A DNA stretch of 64,000 bases from Strigamia acuminata (lineage: Eukaryota): the NCBI GenBank assembly GCA_949358305.1, contig OX442314.1, forward strand, positions 11,408,001 through 11,472,000, in the 5' to 3' direction. The first letter of the stretch is position 1, and every line of letters begins with the position of its first letter. The position numbers and the translations under genes are program-made. Under the pieces are notes generated by a model. The model made no database searches. It was not told the origin of the DNA and was given only the letters and a program-made list of their open reading frames with translations. Positions 12,234-25,835 of the stretch are shown here, in pieces.

Positions 12234-13619
12234 CCGATGGATGCCACTGCTGCTGCTGCCGCTCGCTACTGCTGCCGCTCGTCTTCGCGCTGCTTCTGGC
12301 ACACTTTGGCGCTCATTCGCCACCCCCTGTCGTTTTTCCTCATTTCGGAGCCGCCAATTTTGGCACGAGCCGTTAAAGAAACGAATCGTTGCGACAAGAC
12401 GGAGAAGGAGGAGGATGAGGATGGGGAGGAGGAGTGATTCGCGTAGAGGGGAAAAAAGAATGGCTTCGATGTGGAATTTCACGAGTGTGGGTGGGAGGAG
12501 GGTGGGCGGGTGAGGCGGGGATGGGTGGTGAGCTAATCGCGTGCGCGCGTGCTCGCGGGGAATGGCGCCGACGGGTGGTCCGTAAGGTGTAGGTGTAGGG
12601 AATGAGTTTGGATGTTCTTAGCAAGCAAAAAGTGGCGTTGTCATGTGCCAGGTGAGATGAGGTGCGCTGATGCCAATGGGTGAGTGCAAAAATGTGCAGA
12701 AATGCGTAAAAAGGTTTTTTTTTTGCTTTTTGTGTCACGTTTGAATGGACGCCTTTTGTTTTCGGTGTGCTGTGTCTGGTTTTTGAGTAATTGAATTGCG
12801 TGTGGGGTCTGTTTGGAGATTAAAACATTTTTTTTTTTTTTTTTTTTTTTTTGGGGTGTTGGGGATTTCCGTCACGTGGTATTTGATGTCAATCATGATT
12901 AGTTAATTGAGTGGAGTAATTAAGTTAGTTTTTGATCGGATTTTTGGAAATTGTTTTGTGTGTAGTTATGACACGGAGATGACTTGGGTTTTTTTGTTGC
13001 ACTTGACTCGGGCTGCTGCGAGCGTCCCACTTCCTTTACACGGCTCTCCCCATGGCGACAGAGGGCACCACCTCGGGTTTCCCGCCGTCCCCACCCGGCC
13101 ACTTGGGGCCGGAGCATGTGGGGAGTTTAGTAATGAGGTTCTGGGTTGCCGAGGGGCTGTCCAACCCTGATGATGGATGACCTTAGTCGCCCCACAGTCC
13201 CCAACTAGGTCCTCCGAACCCCCTGTATGAATATAGAGAACAGGTCCCCCGAAAAATGAGAACCCCCGCTAGAAAAAAAAAAACCAGACATAATTTTTTT
13301 TTTGGTTTTTTTTTTTATGGGTTTCGGATCACTTAAAAATATATCAAGGATGGGAGCGATCGGGTTACAATTGGGGGGACAGATAATAGGATTTGGGGGT
13401 CACGAAACTCAGGTGTGAATAAAATGGTGTGGGAAGGAGAAAAAAATGTAGGTGTTGATTTTTAGTTTTAAAATTTGAGGGATTTGCGTTAAATAGTTTG
13501 AAAAATTGGATGGAAATGTAGTTTAGATATGGAATATTTATTTAATTAGCATGATATGCCCAGGTTTCAGTGAAAATTTATAAATCATGGGACAAAAATA
13601 ACATTTTATGTCAGAAAAT

Positions 13620-13925
13620 GACAAATAACGCACAAAAGGACCAAAATAAAGCACTAAATGACCAAAATAAAGCACTAAATGACCAAAATAAAGCACTAAA
13701 TGACCAAAATAAAGCACAAAATGACTAAATAAAGCACAAAATGACTAAATAAAGCACTAAATGACTAAATAAAGCACTAAATGACAAAATAAAGCACTAA
13801 ATGACCAAAATAAAGCACTAAATGACCAAAATAAAGCACTAAATGACTAAAATAACGCACTAAATGACAAAATAAAGCACTAAATGACTAAAATAATACA
13901 AAAAATGACAAAAATAAAGCATAAA
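13620..13925. repeat. 20/21-bp minisatellite
   Basis: Unit CCAAAATAAAGCACTAAATGA. Its reverse complement contains TTTTGGTC. Confidence 0.95.
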
Positions 13926-15157
13926 ATGATAAAAAGAATGCGCAATACAACAAAAAACGCACAAAATCAACGAAAATGCATAGTCCCTGTAATCCAAAAG
14001 AACCTCCGAGACGATTTTCCTGCAAATAATTGAATAAAAATTGCAAACTTTCGATTTTTATCGCAGTGAGCCTGGTTACTCTATATCCTATGCATGGTTT
14101 TTGAGTTGTCATGCATCGGCGCGCGCACAGCGGCCATGGTCAGAATAACGTTATTTGACGCTAATTTGGAAATGATGAATTTTCCAGGCCTGTCTGGAAT
14201 TTTTTTCTAAGGAAAAAAGAGGGGGAAAGGGTGAATATGGTGCTGGGGAAGCGCATATGGGATGATAAGGGAATTGGAAACAGGTAAAAATGTAGTCGAC
14301 GCTATCAGTTGGTGGATGGTGCTCGCAGTAGCTTCGCTTTGACTTGACATGGTTTCCATCAATGGGATGGCAGGTAATGTATGATATGATTTTTTATTGA
14401 ATGGTATTAGTATAATGTTGGGCGTGTTTGTGCGTTTGGATCTCGGGTTGCAATTATTGACGTTTGATTTGCGATTAAGCGCGTTTCGGGTTCGTGTTCG
14501 TCAATCCCTGTGTATTTTTCCGACGAGTTAATGCGATTCAGTCGATTCAGTCGAAGGAATTAAAAATTGAAAGTGTTCCTGCTCCAATTTTCACTTTACA
14601 ACACGTAACTTGGCGCAGGATTTTATCTCTTAGTGTACATGTGTGACATTTGCAGATGAGATAAGGAAATGGGCCTTGTAGATATTTTTTTTTTTATATT
14701 TACAGGATGTATCTAGAATTTCTATTGAGAAAATTTAGGTTTTCAATTTTTTTCGTGTTGTTCGTGATGGATTTAGACATTTATTTGATTCGTTTTATTG
14801 AATTTAGTCGTTTGTATTAATTTACATGTAGAATTTGGTTGTTTAGGGTTGTTTAGACCCGCGTTGTAATAGATAACGCGTGCCCACGTTGTATTAGAGG
14901 GTTTTACGGTGGTAAAAAAAAAAAAATAAAATGTTTTTGAGTGAGTATGACGTCGTGAACAGAACAAGTTAATGGTACAGCAGCGACTAAGGACGGCGGG
15001 ATGTGGAAATTTTGTTTTGTGTAATGATGCATGTGATGATTCCTATTTTCATGAGTGTTTTCGTTCTAGCGAGGGGTTTTTGAGATTAAAACGATGCAAA
15101 AATTTAATTTTTTTTTTTTAAAAATGAAATTTAATAATTTAAAAAAAGATTACTCAT

Positions 15158-15205
15158 TGGGATTAATAATCCCATAATGCTTCTGGATTAATTAAGTGAG
15201 GATTA
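15158..15205. promoter_or_regulatory. Cluster of four K50-homeodomain (Otd/Ptx/Gsc-type) TAATCC sites
   Basis: GGATTA at 15160, TAATCC at 15167, GGATTA at 15185 and GGATTA at 15200. The first two form the palindrome TGGGATTA-A-TAATCCCA. Confidence 0.4.
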
Positions 15206-18200
15206 TTAGGCAGTTTTTGTCCTCTTTTCAATTCACCTTTATAATAAAAATAAAAATAAAAGAGATAAGAAAAAAAAATGCAAAAAAATAAATAAATAAA
15301 AAAAATGGGGGTTGAAATGTAATTTTTGAGACCTCATAAAAATGTGATAACCTTAAAAATTTGTTGGCGCATGCAGACGAAGCAAGTGGTATAATTGAAG
15401 CCGCTTCAAAGTGAGAGAAAAGGGAATCGATGTGTTTTGCACTGTATGGCAATGTGGCCCACGAGGAGAAAGTGGCTTGTGCGCAAATTGCGTTTCCATG
15501 GCGACAGTCGCCAGGGATGGCCTGGACTTGAGGGCCCTATTGTGCATGGCAATGGTGTGAGTCTTGATTCAATTTGACCTGTGCATATGCCAACTGTTTT
15601 GTTGCCAGCTGCGAAATTAGGTTAAGTCAGACTCTATAGCAAGCGTCTTTTTCTTGATACACCCCCCTCCGTCCCCCAACCCGAACGCCCATCCATGTAC
15701 TCGGCAACTCACTTTGACGGCAATCCCATTAAAGGACTCACGCGTCGAGCAAATTATCCCTTGAGCCCCTGTCTGGGTAATCTTGCAGGACAGGCGACTC
15801 GTCTGCCAAACGTTAAATGAGCTCCCCTTGCGTGTTTTGAATGAATCAACAAGTGGGGTGGTGTTTGAGAAGGTGTTTGACCAGTGTCCGGTGCGTGTGA
15901 CTCTTAGTAGCGGTCATTTGTGCGCCTGTTTAACGGCTATTGTGAGTTGAGGTGTTTGTACGGAGGCGAAAACAAGTTTTTTTGGGGTTTTTGTGTTTGG
16001 TTCGTGTTGCGAGAGTGAAAGGCGTCGTGTTCAAAGGGTTATACACGAGAAACATTGGCGTGAGCCGAGTTTATCCCTTTCTCGGATGACAAGGAGCCAT
16101 GCATAATTCACTGCTCTCCCTTCTGATTCTGGATTTTTTTTTTTGTTTCTTAAAAGGAAATTAAAGATGAGCGAGGATATTGTGTTTTTTTGGCTTAGAT
16201 TTGGGTCTGTTCGTTGTGAATTTGTCTTAAAGACATCGCAGTTGGTGAGTGAGATTGGTTTTGTTGTTTGGTTTTTGGGTTTTTGTGCGAATTTTTGTTG
16301 ATTTTTTTTTTTTTTTTTTTTGGGTGGGTAGAAGGGGGGAAAAAGTGTGGGGGTGTATTTTGTGGTTGGGTAGATTTTTTCTGATCAATTAAATAGTTCT
16401 TTGGATTTTTGAAGGGGAGTGAGTGGTTTTTCCAAGTCATTAATTCTCGGTTTCGATTTTTTCGGAATGAATTTTTAAAAATTTTGGAAATAAAATTGGA
16501 AATTGGAAATTGAAACGCGATTTTAAAAGGTTTTGGTGTGTCGATGATTTAGGTAAATATTTGATAGAAATTAGTCGATTTTAAAAAATAAAAATAAATT
16601 TTTTTGGATTTTTGGTGGGAAATTTGAATAATATGAGGAAATAAAAATAATTTTGTCCGAAAATTGAAAATAGCTTAAAAAATATTAAGAAAAAAATTGG
16701 ATTTTCATCTAAAATTGGTTGAAATATCAACCAAATCCATCAGGCTTTGATAACTGAGAATACATCAACATTAAAAATTAGCCATCTTTTGCATTTTTGC
16801 ATCTTTGCAACCCAATTTTCCACACCGATGCATATTAAATGAAGAAAAACAAACTGAGTCGCAGCATTTATTTTTATCCCTTTCTTCATTCCGTTTCTAA
16901 ATTTTACATAAAGCAATTCGATTTTTTTTCCCAACACAAGGTTTGTATAATGGTTCTTGGTCGGACGATTGCATATATGGCGTCGTGATCAATCATATGT
17001 CAGTGAAACAGTTCGTATTTTCTTTCTCTGATGTATAAGCAAAAGCGGGGAATTCATTTTCTCCCGCCTCCACAGCTGTGCGGGCCTTAATAAAATATTC
17101 AACCATCGAAAGCCAAACTTAAGGTAGATTTTTATTCCACGGTCGCCATCCACCATTTTTTCCCCTTCTTATGCAAAAAAAAAAACGAAAAGAATCCATC
17201 TTGATTTGAAAAGGGAAAATGAAGGCTTATATCTATCACGTATACATGTTTATCACACACCGCCAACAGTTCGCCATCCCCCATCTCCCACCTCCCCTTT
17301 TGTGCATTATCTACGGACGGAAATGCGTCTTAAACTTTAATTGTGGACAGTTGTTTTGATGATGTCACAAAAAGAGTACAGCCAGCGTTCAATACGGATG
17401 TACAGGGGTGGGGTGCGTACGAAAATTCATCTTTGTTGTCAACTTGCCAACTCTCATTGTGTTGGTGACAGTTTCCTTGCCACGTTTCACCATTTAATTA
17501 GTTCGATCAAATTTGCCCTCTTTGCATCATTATGTTAATTGTTTCTGTAAAACGGGAGGAGAATTTTTATTTTTATTTTTTTTTTGAAAAAAAGAAAATA
17601 TGAAGGAAAAAAATATTTTTTTATTGATAAATTTTTTTAAAAAGTTAAATAGTCAGACGAGGGCGTCACGTGACGTAGAGTAAGATTAAAATAGAACTTC
17701 CCTTCGGTGCGGATGATGTTCATCTTTTACGCACGCCTTGCAGTGAAGCCTCACCGTGACCTACGGGCGGTGCTTTCTCCCTCCTGCAACATGTGCGGCG
17801 GTAGTTGCGCCTGCGCCGCGTGCAGTTAATGTCCGCGGGTCTCGGCCATGATTCATGGCCTAGCGTCGGCCAGCCTCATTGGTCCAGCGTAATTCGGACC
17901 GCACACGCCGGCCTCGCGTCTCATTGGCCAACAAGAAAACTCGATGTGGCGCCTTAGGTGTTTGGCGATCAGAGGTGGCTGACGGATGGAACGAAACTTG
18001 TGTTTCCCTTCGTCTTCACCCCCTTCGCTTTCGAATTACCCGTTGCGCACATCCATCAAGGGCGTACGGGGATTAAAATTACAGACACCCTTTGCTTGCT
18101 TAATTCCCACTTTTCTACCTTTTAATGTAAAACGAGAGGACGCAATGGGCATTGTTTCGGTTGGGATTCATGATGAAATTATGGGCGCGTCTCATAGGAT

Positions 18201-19509
18201 TGCCGTCTCTCCTCCCTCGCTCTCTCTTCTTTTTCATCCTATTACCTGTGGGGGATCCGTGCAATCGTGTCAGACGAGAAGGTGAGCGTGCGGAATCGCA
18301 TTTGCATGCTCGATGATGGCCGACACTGGAAAAGTGGAAAGTAGAAGCAAGGAAACGGCTTGTGCGCAAAATTCTAATCTTTTAGTCGGGAACGGTTATT
18401 CGCAAATAAATTAAGTGTAAATGTGGAACACACTGCGCAGGGTTTGTCTCTCGATCAATCGAGACATGTTTTAATGCTTTTTTTCGGTTTCTTTTGACTT
18501 TTCTTGTCTTTTCTTTTCTTTTCTCTGCTCTCGACTCGTGATTGTTGTTGGGGAATTGTGAGGGAACAATAGGGGATTAACTCGTACAAATCCCTTACTT
18601 TGACTCGACACTAAATCCGAATAATCGAACCGGAGAAAAGATTAAAATCTTGTCATTCTCCTCTCGGAACTACTTGAAGGCATCCGCTGGTATTTTTTCG
18701 AGAACGATTTTCTTTTCTTCTTTTTTTGTCGTGTCTTTTAAAGTTATTATCCTAATTAAATCCGCGGGGGTGGTTCATAACTCGCTCTTAAACATTGCTT
18801 AGTAATGTATCTTGAAGAGGGAGCTGCGAGCAAGTGTGTGGGGGAACGTGAAGGAGATTAACGAGTGATTTGTTATTAGTGGCAAGAAGTTATTGGGAAG
18901 GGACTAACGTCACTCAAAAATGGCGGGGTTTTATTGCGTTATTGGAGTTTGAGGAGGAATTTGCAAGAGTGATGTATTGCAATTATATATTTTGTATTGA
19001 TTTGTGCTGCGTGATTAAAGGTTTGATGGTTTTGGAGACTGGCGTCATAATGACAGTAAACAGTGACATGTTTCTCGAGTAATGGGGTTGATGCAGATTA
19101 AGTTAGGAAGAGAGAGGGTGCGGGTGTGTGTATGTGTCTCTTTTATTGGTTATTAGTTAAATAGATTCGGCAAGACACGAGGACGACGACGAGTGTGACA
19201 GTCGTGCATAAGGGATTTTGCGAGCACGTTTGTATTATCCGGTTGCGGATTAAGGCGGGCTGGGTAATTAAGGGGACAAGAGGAAGCGAAATGATCAAGT
19301 TTGTTTATGAATTTAATTATGGGTGAAAAGAGGAAAACAACATTTTGCAGTTGCGCCGACTTGGGCTGCTTTATTTTATTTGCTCAGACAGTGCGAGGTG
19401 TCAGTTTGGTTCTAATTGTCACGTGCGTTTTCGTTTCTCGCGTGGAATTGAGTAGGAATATTTTTAAATAATGATATTGTGGACGTTGTGTTGAAAACGA
19501 GACGGTGGA

Positions 19510-19800
19510 ATGTCGTTTTAAAAGGATTTGGGTCGTTTTAAAGAGGGTTTTTTGGTTGGTGGAAGCAGTTTTAGGTCGTTTTAAGACGTTTTTGGTCGTT
19601 TTAAGACGTTTTTGGTCGTTTGAAGACGTTTTTGGGCCGTTTGAAGACGTTTTTGGGCCGTTTGAAGACGTTTTTGGTCGTTTTAAGACGTTTTTGGTTG
19701 TTTTTAGTAGTTTTTGGGCCGTTTTAGAGAGGATTTTGCAGTTTTAAAGCAGTTTTTAGTCGGTTTTAGCCGTTTTTGGGCATTTTAAAACGTTTTTTGA
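19510..19800. repeat. 20-bp minisatellite
   Basis: Unit TTAAGACGTTTTTGGTCGTT and variants. Confidence 0.9.
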
Positions 19801-22800
19801 CTTGTTTTTGGTTACTTTTTACCAGTTTTGTTGCTAAAGAAACTACCAAGATATCCAAACATTTAAGAGTGTAAAGGGAATTGGGTGTGAAATATACTTC
19901 AATATTGTAAAATTGGATTTTTTATTTTTTAAATTTTTAATTTTCAAATAATTCTTTGGTGAATTTAATTTTTTTGTTACCGACGATGATTGACTCTTCA
20001 TGCGGTCAAGGATTGACTTACCACGGCTGGCAGATTAAAAAAAAAACCCGTGCAATGCAAACGAAAATAAAACGAAATATATAAAAATGTTTGTTGTCAC
20101 TTTTTACTCCAACCTCGAGATAAGTCTGAGCGTGAGTGACGTGATCTATACTCTCAATTACGCATGCGCGCTTAATAAGAGCCAGGGCCAACATGTTAGA
20201 GAAGGAAGTGTACGTCAATCATCTTTGGCATCCTCGGATTAAAGCTACGCTGCGTGCTCTCGTGTGTTATGAGGCCAGGCAGCCGGATGATGGGTTGCGC
20301 TTCACTACTTTCACCTGGGATTCTCTTTGCCTTCAACCTGATGGAAAATAACCCTTTTCCTCCAGGTGAAGAGACGAGAATCGAGTCAAGAGCAAAGAAA
20401 GAAAATTCAGGAGAAGAAAGAAAGAAAAAAGTTGTCGGGTGAGAAATGGCGCTTGTTGGACCAATTTGTTCTCATTGGAGCCGAGATTGCGCGTGATTTA
20501 CGTAGTCGGGCGAGGTAAAAGTCACGAGCAGTGTGTGCACCAGAGGCCGGAGGAGTTTCATTACTTGAGTGTGTGTAAATTATTCACAGACCGCCGCCCG
20601 TGGCTGACATTGCAGGCCTCCTTTTATTTATTTACGTGCGCAAACACACACCAGAAACCTCCATCTCTGGCTTGTGTATTTACTTCGTCTAACGATATCC
20701 GCTGGACGGATTTTTTTTTTTTTTTTTTTTAAATTTTGTTTTTATTAAAATTAAATTTTTATTTTATTTTATTTTAAATAAATTTGGCGGCTTTTGATTA
20801 AGAAAGGATTTTGGTCGTTTGGAAAGTGGGTGGTGGGAGGGCAAGTTGTTTAATTTTCACTTGAAGAAATGGGAAGAAAATGAGTGTTCGCCTTTAATCT
20901 CATTGATTAAGCATAAATGAGAAGAGAGAAAGGCGGGCAAAGAGCGGCTTGGTCTCGCTTGGTTGTCACACGCTTTGTCTCAACATTGTAGCCAATAGTC
21001 AATTAACGTGAGAGAAATGACTGTGGCATTTGTCTGCTGGCAATTATGTTTCCAAGCGAGAACATTTTGAACGTGGTTCTCCGCTGCCGTACAACTGATC
21101 ATTTTTTCCCTCCTCTTCCCTTCGTCTTCGCCTCCTCCTCGCTCTCGTTTTCTCGCGCTTCTTTTCTTTTTATTCTTCTTCTGAATGATGGAGAAAAACT
21201 GCATCGTTCGAATGAAAATTGTAGGGTTTTTGTTTTAGTTGTTTTGTTTGGTCGTTTTACGCGTGTTAAAAATGGCGGATGACCCGTTTTGGTTTAATTT
21301 AAAAAAAAAATTTTTTCTCGAAAAAAGTGTGAAAAAATGAAAAGAAAAATCGAAAAAATGAAAAAAAGTCGAATAAATGGAAAAAACATCGAAAAATGAA
21401 AAATAACATCGAAAAGATGAAAAAACATCGAAAAAATGGGGGGAAAAACATCGAAAAGATTTCTAAACAGCCAAAATCAGCTCGGAACGGTCGAAAAGGA
21501 ACGACGAAATATGGCGGATGCAATTACACAGCATTGGATGTTTTATATGTAAACAACGAGTTTCCTTCCTTGAAAAATTGATTGGTTTGAAACTGAAACT
21601 GCACGCAAGTTTTGTTTGTTTGCGTCTACTTAATGCGTGTAGCGTGTGTCATCTTCCGCCCGCCCACCTCGATGACCATGTAGGAGCATTTAATTGCATT
21701 ATGGATGAAGCTGCACGAGGAACTGCAGTCGACCGGGCTTCAATTATGCATGGGCCAATTGGGTGCCCTGACAAGGGGCTCGCGCGCATTTATTATCGTA
21801 AGACGTTCGCGACTGCTCGTGGGACCCATCACATTATCCGAGAGACGATCGACCTAACCGTCGAGACTCCCCATTCACCGCGCCACCAACAAGCAACGCT
21901 AATGGTGGACAGAAAGACGCTTTATGCGCCTCTAATGCAACCCTTTCTTACCTATACATTTTCAGGTGCCATTTTTTCCCTCTTTCCCCTTCCCCCATTT
22001 ACTCTTTTTTCCTCCCCCCCCCCCTCGCCCACATCTCCGTGGGGAGTCTTTCATTTCCGATGTTGGCAATGCCAAGTCCGACTTTAAAGCTGATCTCATT
22101 TGGATGCTAGGCCTAAAAAAAAGTTGCATTGCTGTAAATTTATTTCCCTTTCTTTACCTGTTTTGCCTGCATAGGTGCGTGCAGTGGATGGAGGGGGGAA
22201 AAGAATAAGCACGGGGATGCTTCCCCTTCTTACAGTGGGTTCATAAAGACCCTAGGATTAGCCTGAAATGCTATTAGCCCCCTCACGGATTCCCTGTGGT
22301 GCCAATAAAGGAAAAGCGACGCGCAGATATTTTCCACTTTATACCTTCCTTTACCTATACACCCAACAATTTTTTTTCCCCATTTTAAATGTAATTGCCC
22401 CCCCTTAGTCCCCCCCTAACTTTAAATATTTATGGTGACCAGTGATATCAAGTGGAGGGGGATAAGAAAAGGAGATATAAGCAAATAAGGGTTATGTGTA
22501 CTTGGGGGCGGGTGGGTGGGTGAGGACGCCTTGGGTGTGGGTCGTTGAATATAGAAAAAAAGAGGTAAATAGGATTTTGTTGGAAAATGGGTCCGATCAT
22601 TACGATAAGGACGCGCAACATTGAGATGTTTCATTGCAAGGAACACTAGATGTTGGTGCGAGATATCGTCATGGCTGCGAGTCTACACAATTTCACCCCC
22701 CCGCAACCCCCCCCCCCCCCACATTTTTTTTTCGGGCCGGCGCGTGATTATCTCGGCCATCGACAACCACCACGCAGGTTGTGTCTGTGGGCGTGAGCGT

Positions 22801-25589
22801 CTCGTCATCAGCATCTCTCTTTCTCTCTCTCCCCTATATCTTTATCGTGAAAGAAGGGATGATGATGGCATATAAAGGGTTGAGACGTCGATATTGGGCG
22901 AAGGAGGAAAAGATGAGCAGATGCGAGCTCGTCGCACGTATTTTCGGGCATTTATTTTTTCGCTATGAAATAATGGACACGCGGACAAATCAGTTTGAGG
23001 CCGCTGTTTGCAAATTGAGTTGGGAGTTTTCGGGTGGGGGGGCCAGTAATGCAAGTTTATGCAAATGAGGCGAGTGGAGAGAGAGAGGGTTTTATCGCGT
23101 CCAATCAGCAGTCGAGGCGGACCGCGTTGCAACGGTTGGGCAGCGCGAGCGAGCTAGCGAGGTCGGCCATTGATCGGGTGGAAGGGTGGGGTAGGGGGAG
23201 TGGGAAGGATGGAGATGGAGAGGGACCTCGAGGCGGCGCCCGCGCACTTGGCCGTTTCCTATGCTAATGCAGGATCGCTGATCATGCAGAAATGGCAGGG
23301 CTTTCTTAAGGCATAATATCCCCTTCGTTTCTCTCGTTTGGGTTACGACCATGCCTTGCAAATGAAGACAAGGGAAAGGAAAGGGAAAGACACAAAGTGC
23401 AGAGGCGGGCAAAGAGAGAGAAGCGTCTTTTGCCTTTTAAGTCTGCGCTGGTTCGGGGAACCATCAGTCACTATAGGTGGATTGAGGCTGGTTTTAATTT
23501 ATAATTGAATAGTTATTGTTATTTTTTATTATTAAATGGGTTGTGTTTATTTTTTTGGGTTTTGTTTGGTGTTTACGAAAATGTTTTAAGTTTTAGGGTT
23601 TGTTATTTTGGGTGAGTTTTTGCTTAGTAACGTGTGGATGATTTTTAAGTTGTAAACAATTTGAAGAAAATTGAGTCATGAGAAGTCAAGCAGAGTTGAA
23701 TCAATAAGGAAAGGGGGAGCTATAGAAAAGATGTTATGGAAACATGTTTTCCGTTATTGAGTTGGAAATTAGCGGATAATTAAATTTTTCTCATTCTATT
23801 AGTCTCGTCAAGTATTTTCTCATTTTATTTCTGAGTCATAGACGCATCAGTTTGAAATGTGGAATAGTTTTTTAGGTATTTTTTTTTTTTGGGTTTTTAT
23901 TTTAGTGTGGATTGTGTTGGGGATTAAAAAATAAATATAATTTTTGGGGAGGATTTGATGGATGAAAAATGGAAATGAAATGTGATCTAAGGCAATTTCT
24001 TAAGAGAAAAGCGAAAATTAAATTATCGGGGAAGATTTGTGTGAATAAAAGAGTCGAGGAAAACTCATTTGGGATTTTTTTTTTCTTTTTTTCTTTTTTT
24101 TTTTGGGTTGGAATTGTTAGATTTCAGAAAAGCAAGTAATATAGTGGTGTAGTCATTTGGATGAAATAAATTAAGCCTTGCAGGGAAGAAAATGTGTGTA
24201 TGTGCGGGCTGTATACATGGATTTGAAATGAGGGCGGAATCCGAAAATTGATGATCAATTATTGTGAGAATTCTATCGAGTAGTAATCAACTTTTTTTTT
24301 TTCTTTTTTTTTTTCTTGCCGGGGTTTGTGGGAATTCACTTGTTGGTGAAAATATCTCAAGGGGATGTTGAAAGACATTGAGACTAAATTGATAAAAGTT
24401 TGCAGTTTTGTTTATCCTCCAAGTTTTGTATTTTTGTTTGTTTTTAATCATGTTTTTTTTTTGTATATATATACATATATATATACGATTTAATAAATAT
24501 CTAGATGTTTGATTTATTCTAAATTAATAAGAAATGATTGGAAATGAAATTATTTTTGATGAAAAAACGAAATAAATAATAAAATATTCAATTTTTGGGG
24601 CATAAAAATTGATTAGAATTTATTCTATGGTCAAATTTGTATGCAATTGATTAAAAATTAATATTTTGAGATGATTTAAGCCTTTCTGTTCACTTTGTAC
24701 ACCTTTATTTCTTTTAGAAACAAACAAACAAACTGGGAGAAAAAGTTTAAATTTTTCCTGCATGTACTTTCGCAATCGCAATACACAAATGAATGTCTTG
24801 AATAAAATCCAGTTACCATAGCAACGACTTTACAAATAAGTAGGACATAAGTCCCTATCAGAAGGACTCTCACAAACTCAAGATTTTTTTTTTTTTTTTT
24901 TGCGCACGGCCGCAGTCGGTTTCATCCCTCTCGTCGAGTAATGTTGAGGAATAACGATTAGGGAAGAAAAATCAATTGCCGATTTTTAACGGAAAAGTCA
25001 CTTTTTGTTGTAGCGAAAAAATTGTTGTTTGAATTAAAAGAAAAGAAAAATAATATTTTTTGGAAGTAGAAAAATCAGATGCAAAAATGTAAATTTAAAC
25101 GAGGAAGGATTTAAGTGTTTCTCCATCGAGATGAAGCTGATTTATTCTTACTTAAGTGCGGCTAATTGGCCTCAATTGAGTGCGTCGAGAGGGGGCGGTT
25201 AGAAAAACGGAAATACGCCCGCAATTTAGTTTTATTTTAAAACAAGACGCCCACGTTTGCATTTAGACGTCAACAAATTCATGCAAATGTTTGTTAAATG
25301 CCGCCATAACTCATTCAGGTGCGAGGAAATATTCTTTTAATATTTTGTTTTAGAAAAATGGATTTTATTAATTGGTTTGTTTGGGGGGCGAAGACAAAAA
25401 AATTGACTTGTTTTTAATTGTTTTTAAGTGGTAAAAATTAATTTTTGATAATTTATTGCTGTAATAATAGTATTGGTATATTTTCTTTTGCTGCAAAATA
25501 TTTTTTTTTTAGATTTGGTTTAATTTTAGTCACTTTCAGGTTTGAACTCGAAATTTTAAATTGTAAAAATGCATAATTTAATTTTCTTA

Positions 25590-25835
25590 AATGTCAAAAA
25601 TACAAATTTTCGCTTTTTAAAATTGAAAAATGGAAATTTTAGCTTTTTTAAAATTTCAAAAATGCAAATTTTAGCGTTTTTAAATTTTCAAAAATGCAAA
25701 TTTTTGCGTTTTTAAATTTCAAAAATGCAAATTTTAGCGTTTTTAAATTTCAAAAAAACAAATTTTTGCGTTTTTAAATCGTAAAAATGCAAATTTTAGC
25801 GTTTTTAAATCGTAAAAATACAAATTTTAATAATT
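25590..25835. repeat. ~31-bp minisatellite
   Basis: Unit AAAATGCAAATTTTAGCGTTTTTAAATTTCA and variants (starts 25691, 25722). Confidence 0.9.

Noticed and set aside
11998..12513. 171-aa plus-strand ORF
   Set aside because: It is the antisense shadow of a GC-rich island with a non-ATG start. The splice signal favours the minus strand.
21518..22087. 189-aa plus-strand ORF
   Set aside because: No recognisable domain, codon bias or convincing exon boundaries. It looks like enhancer-type non-coding DNA.
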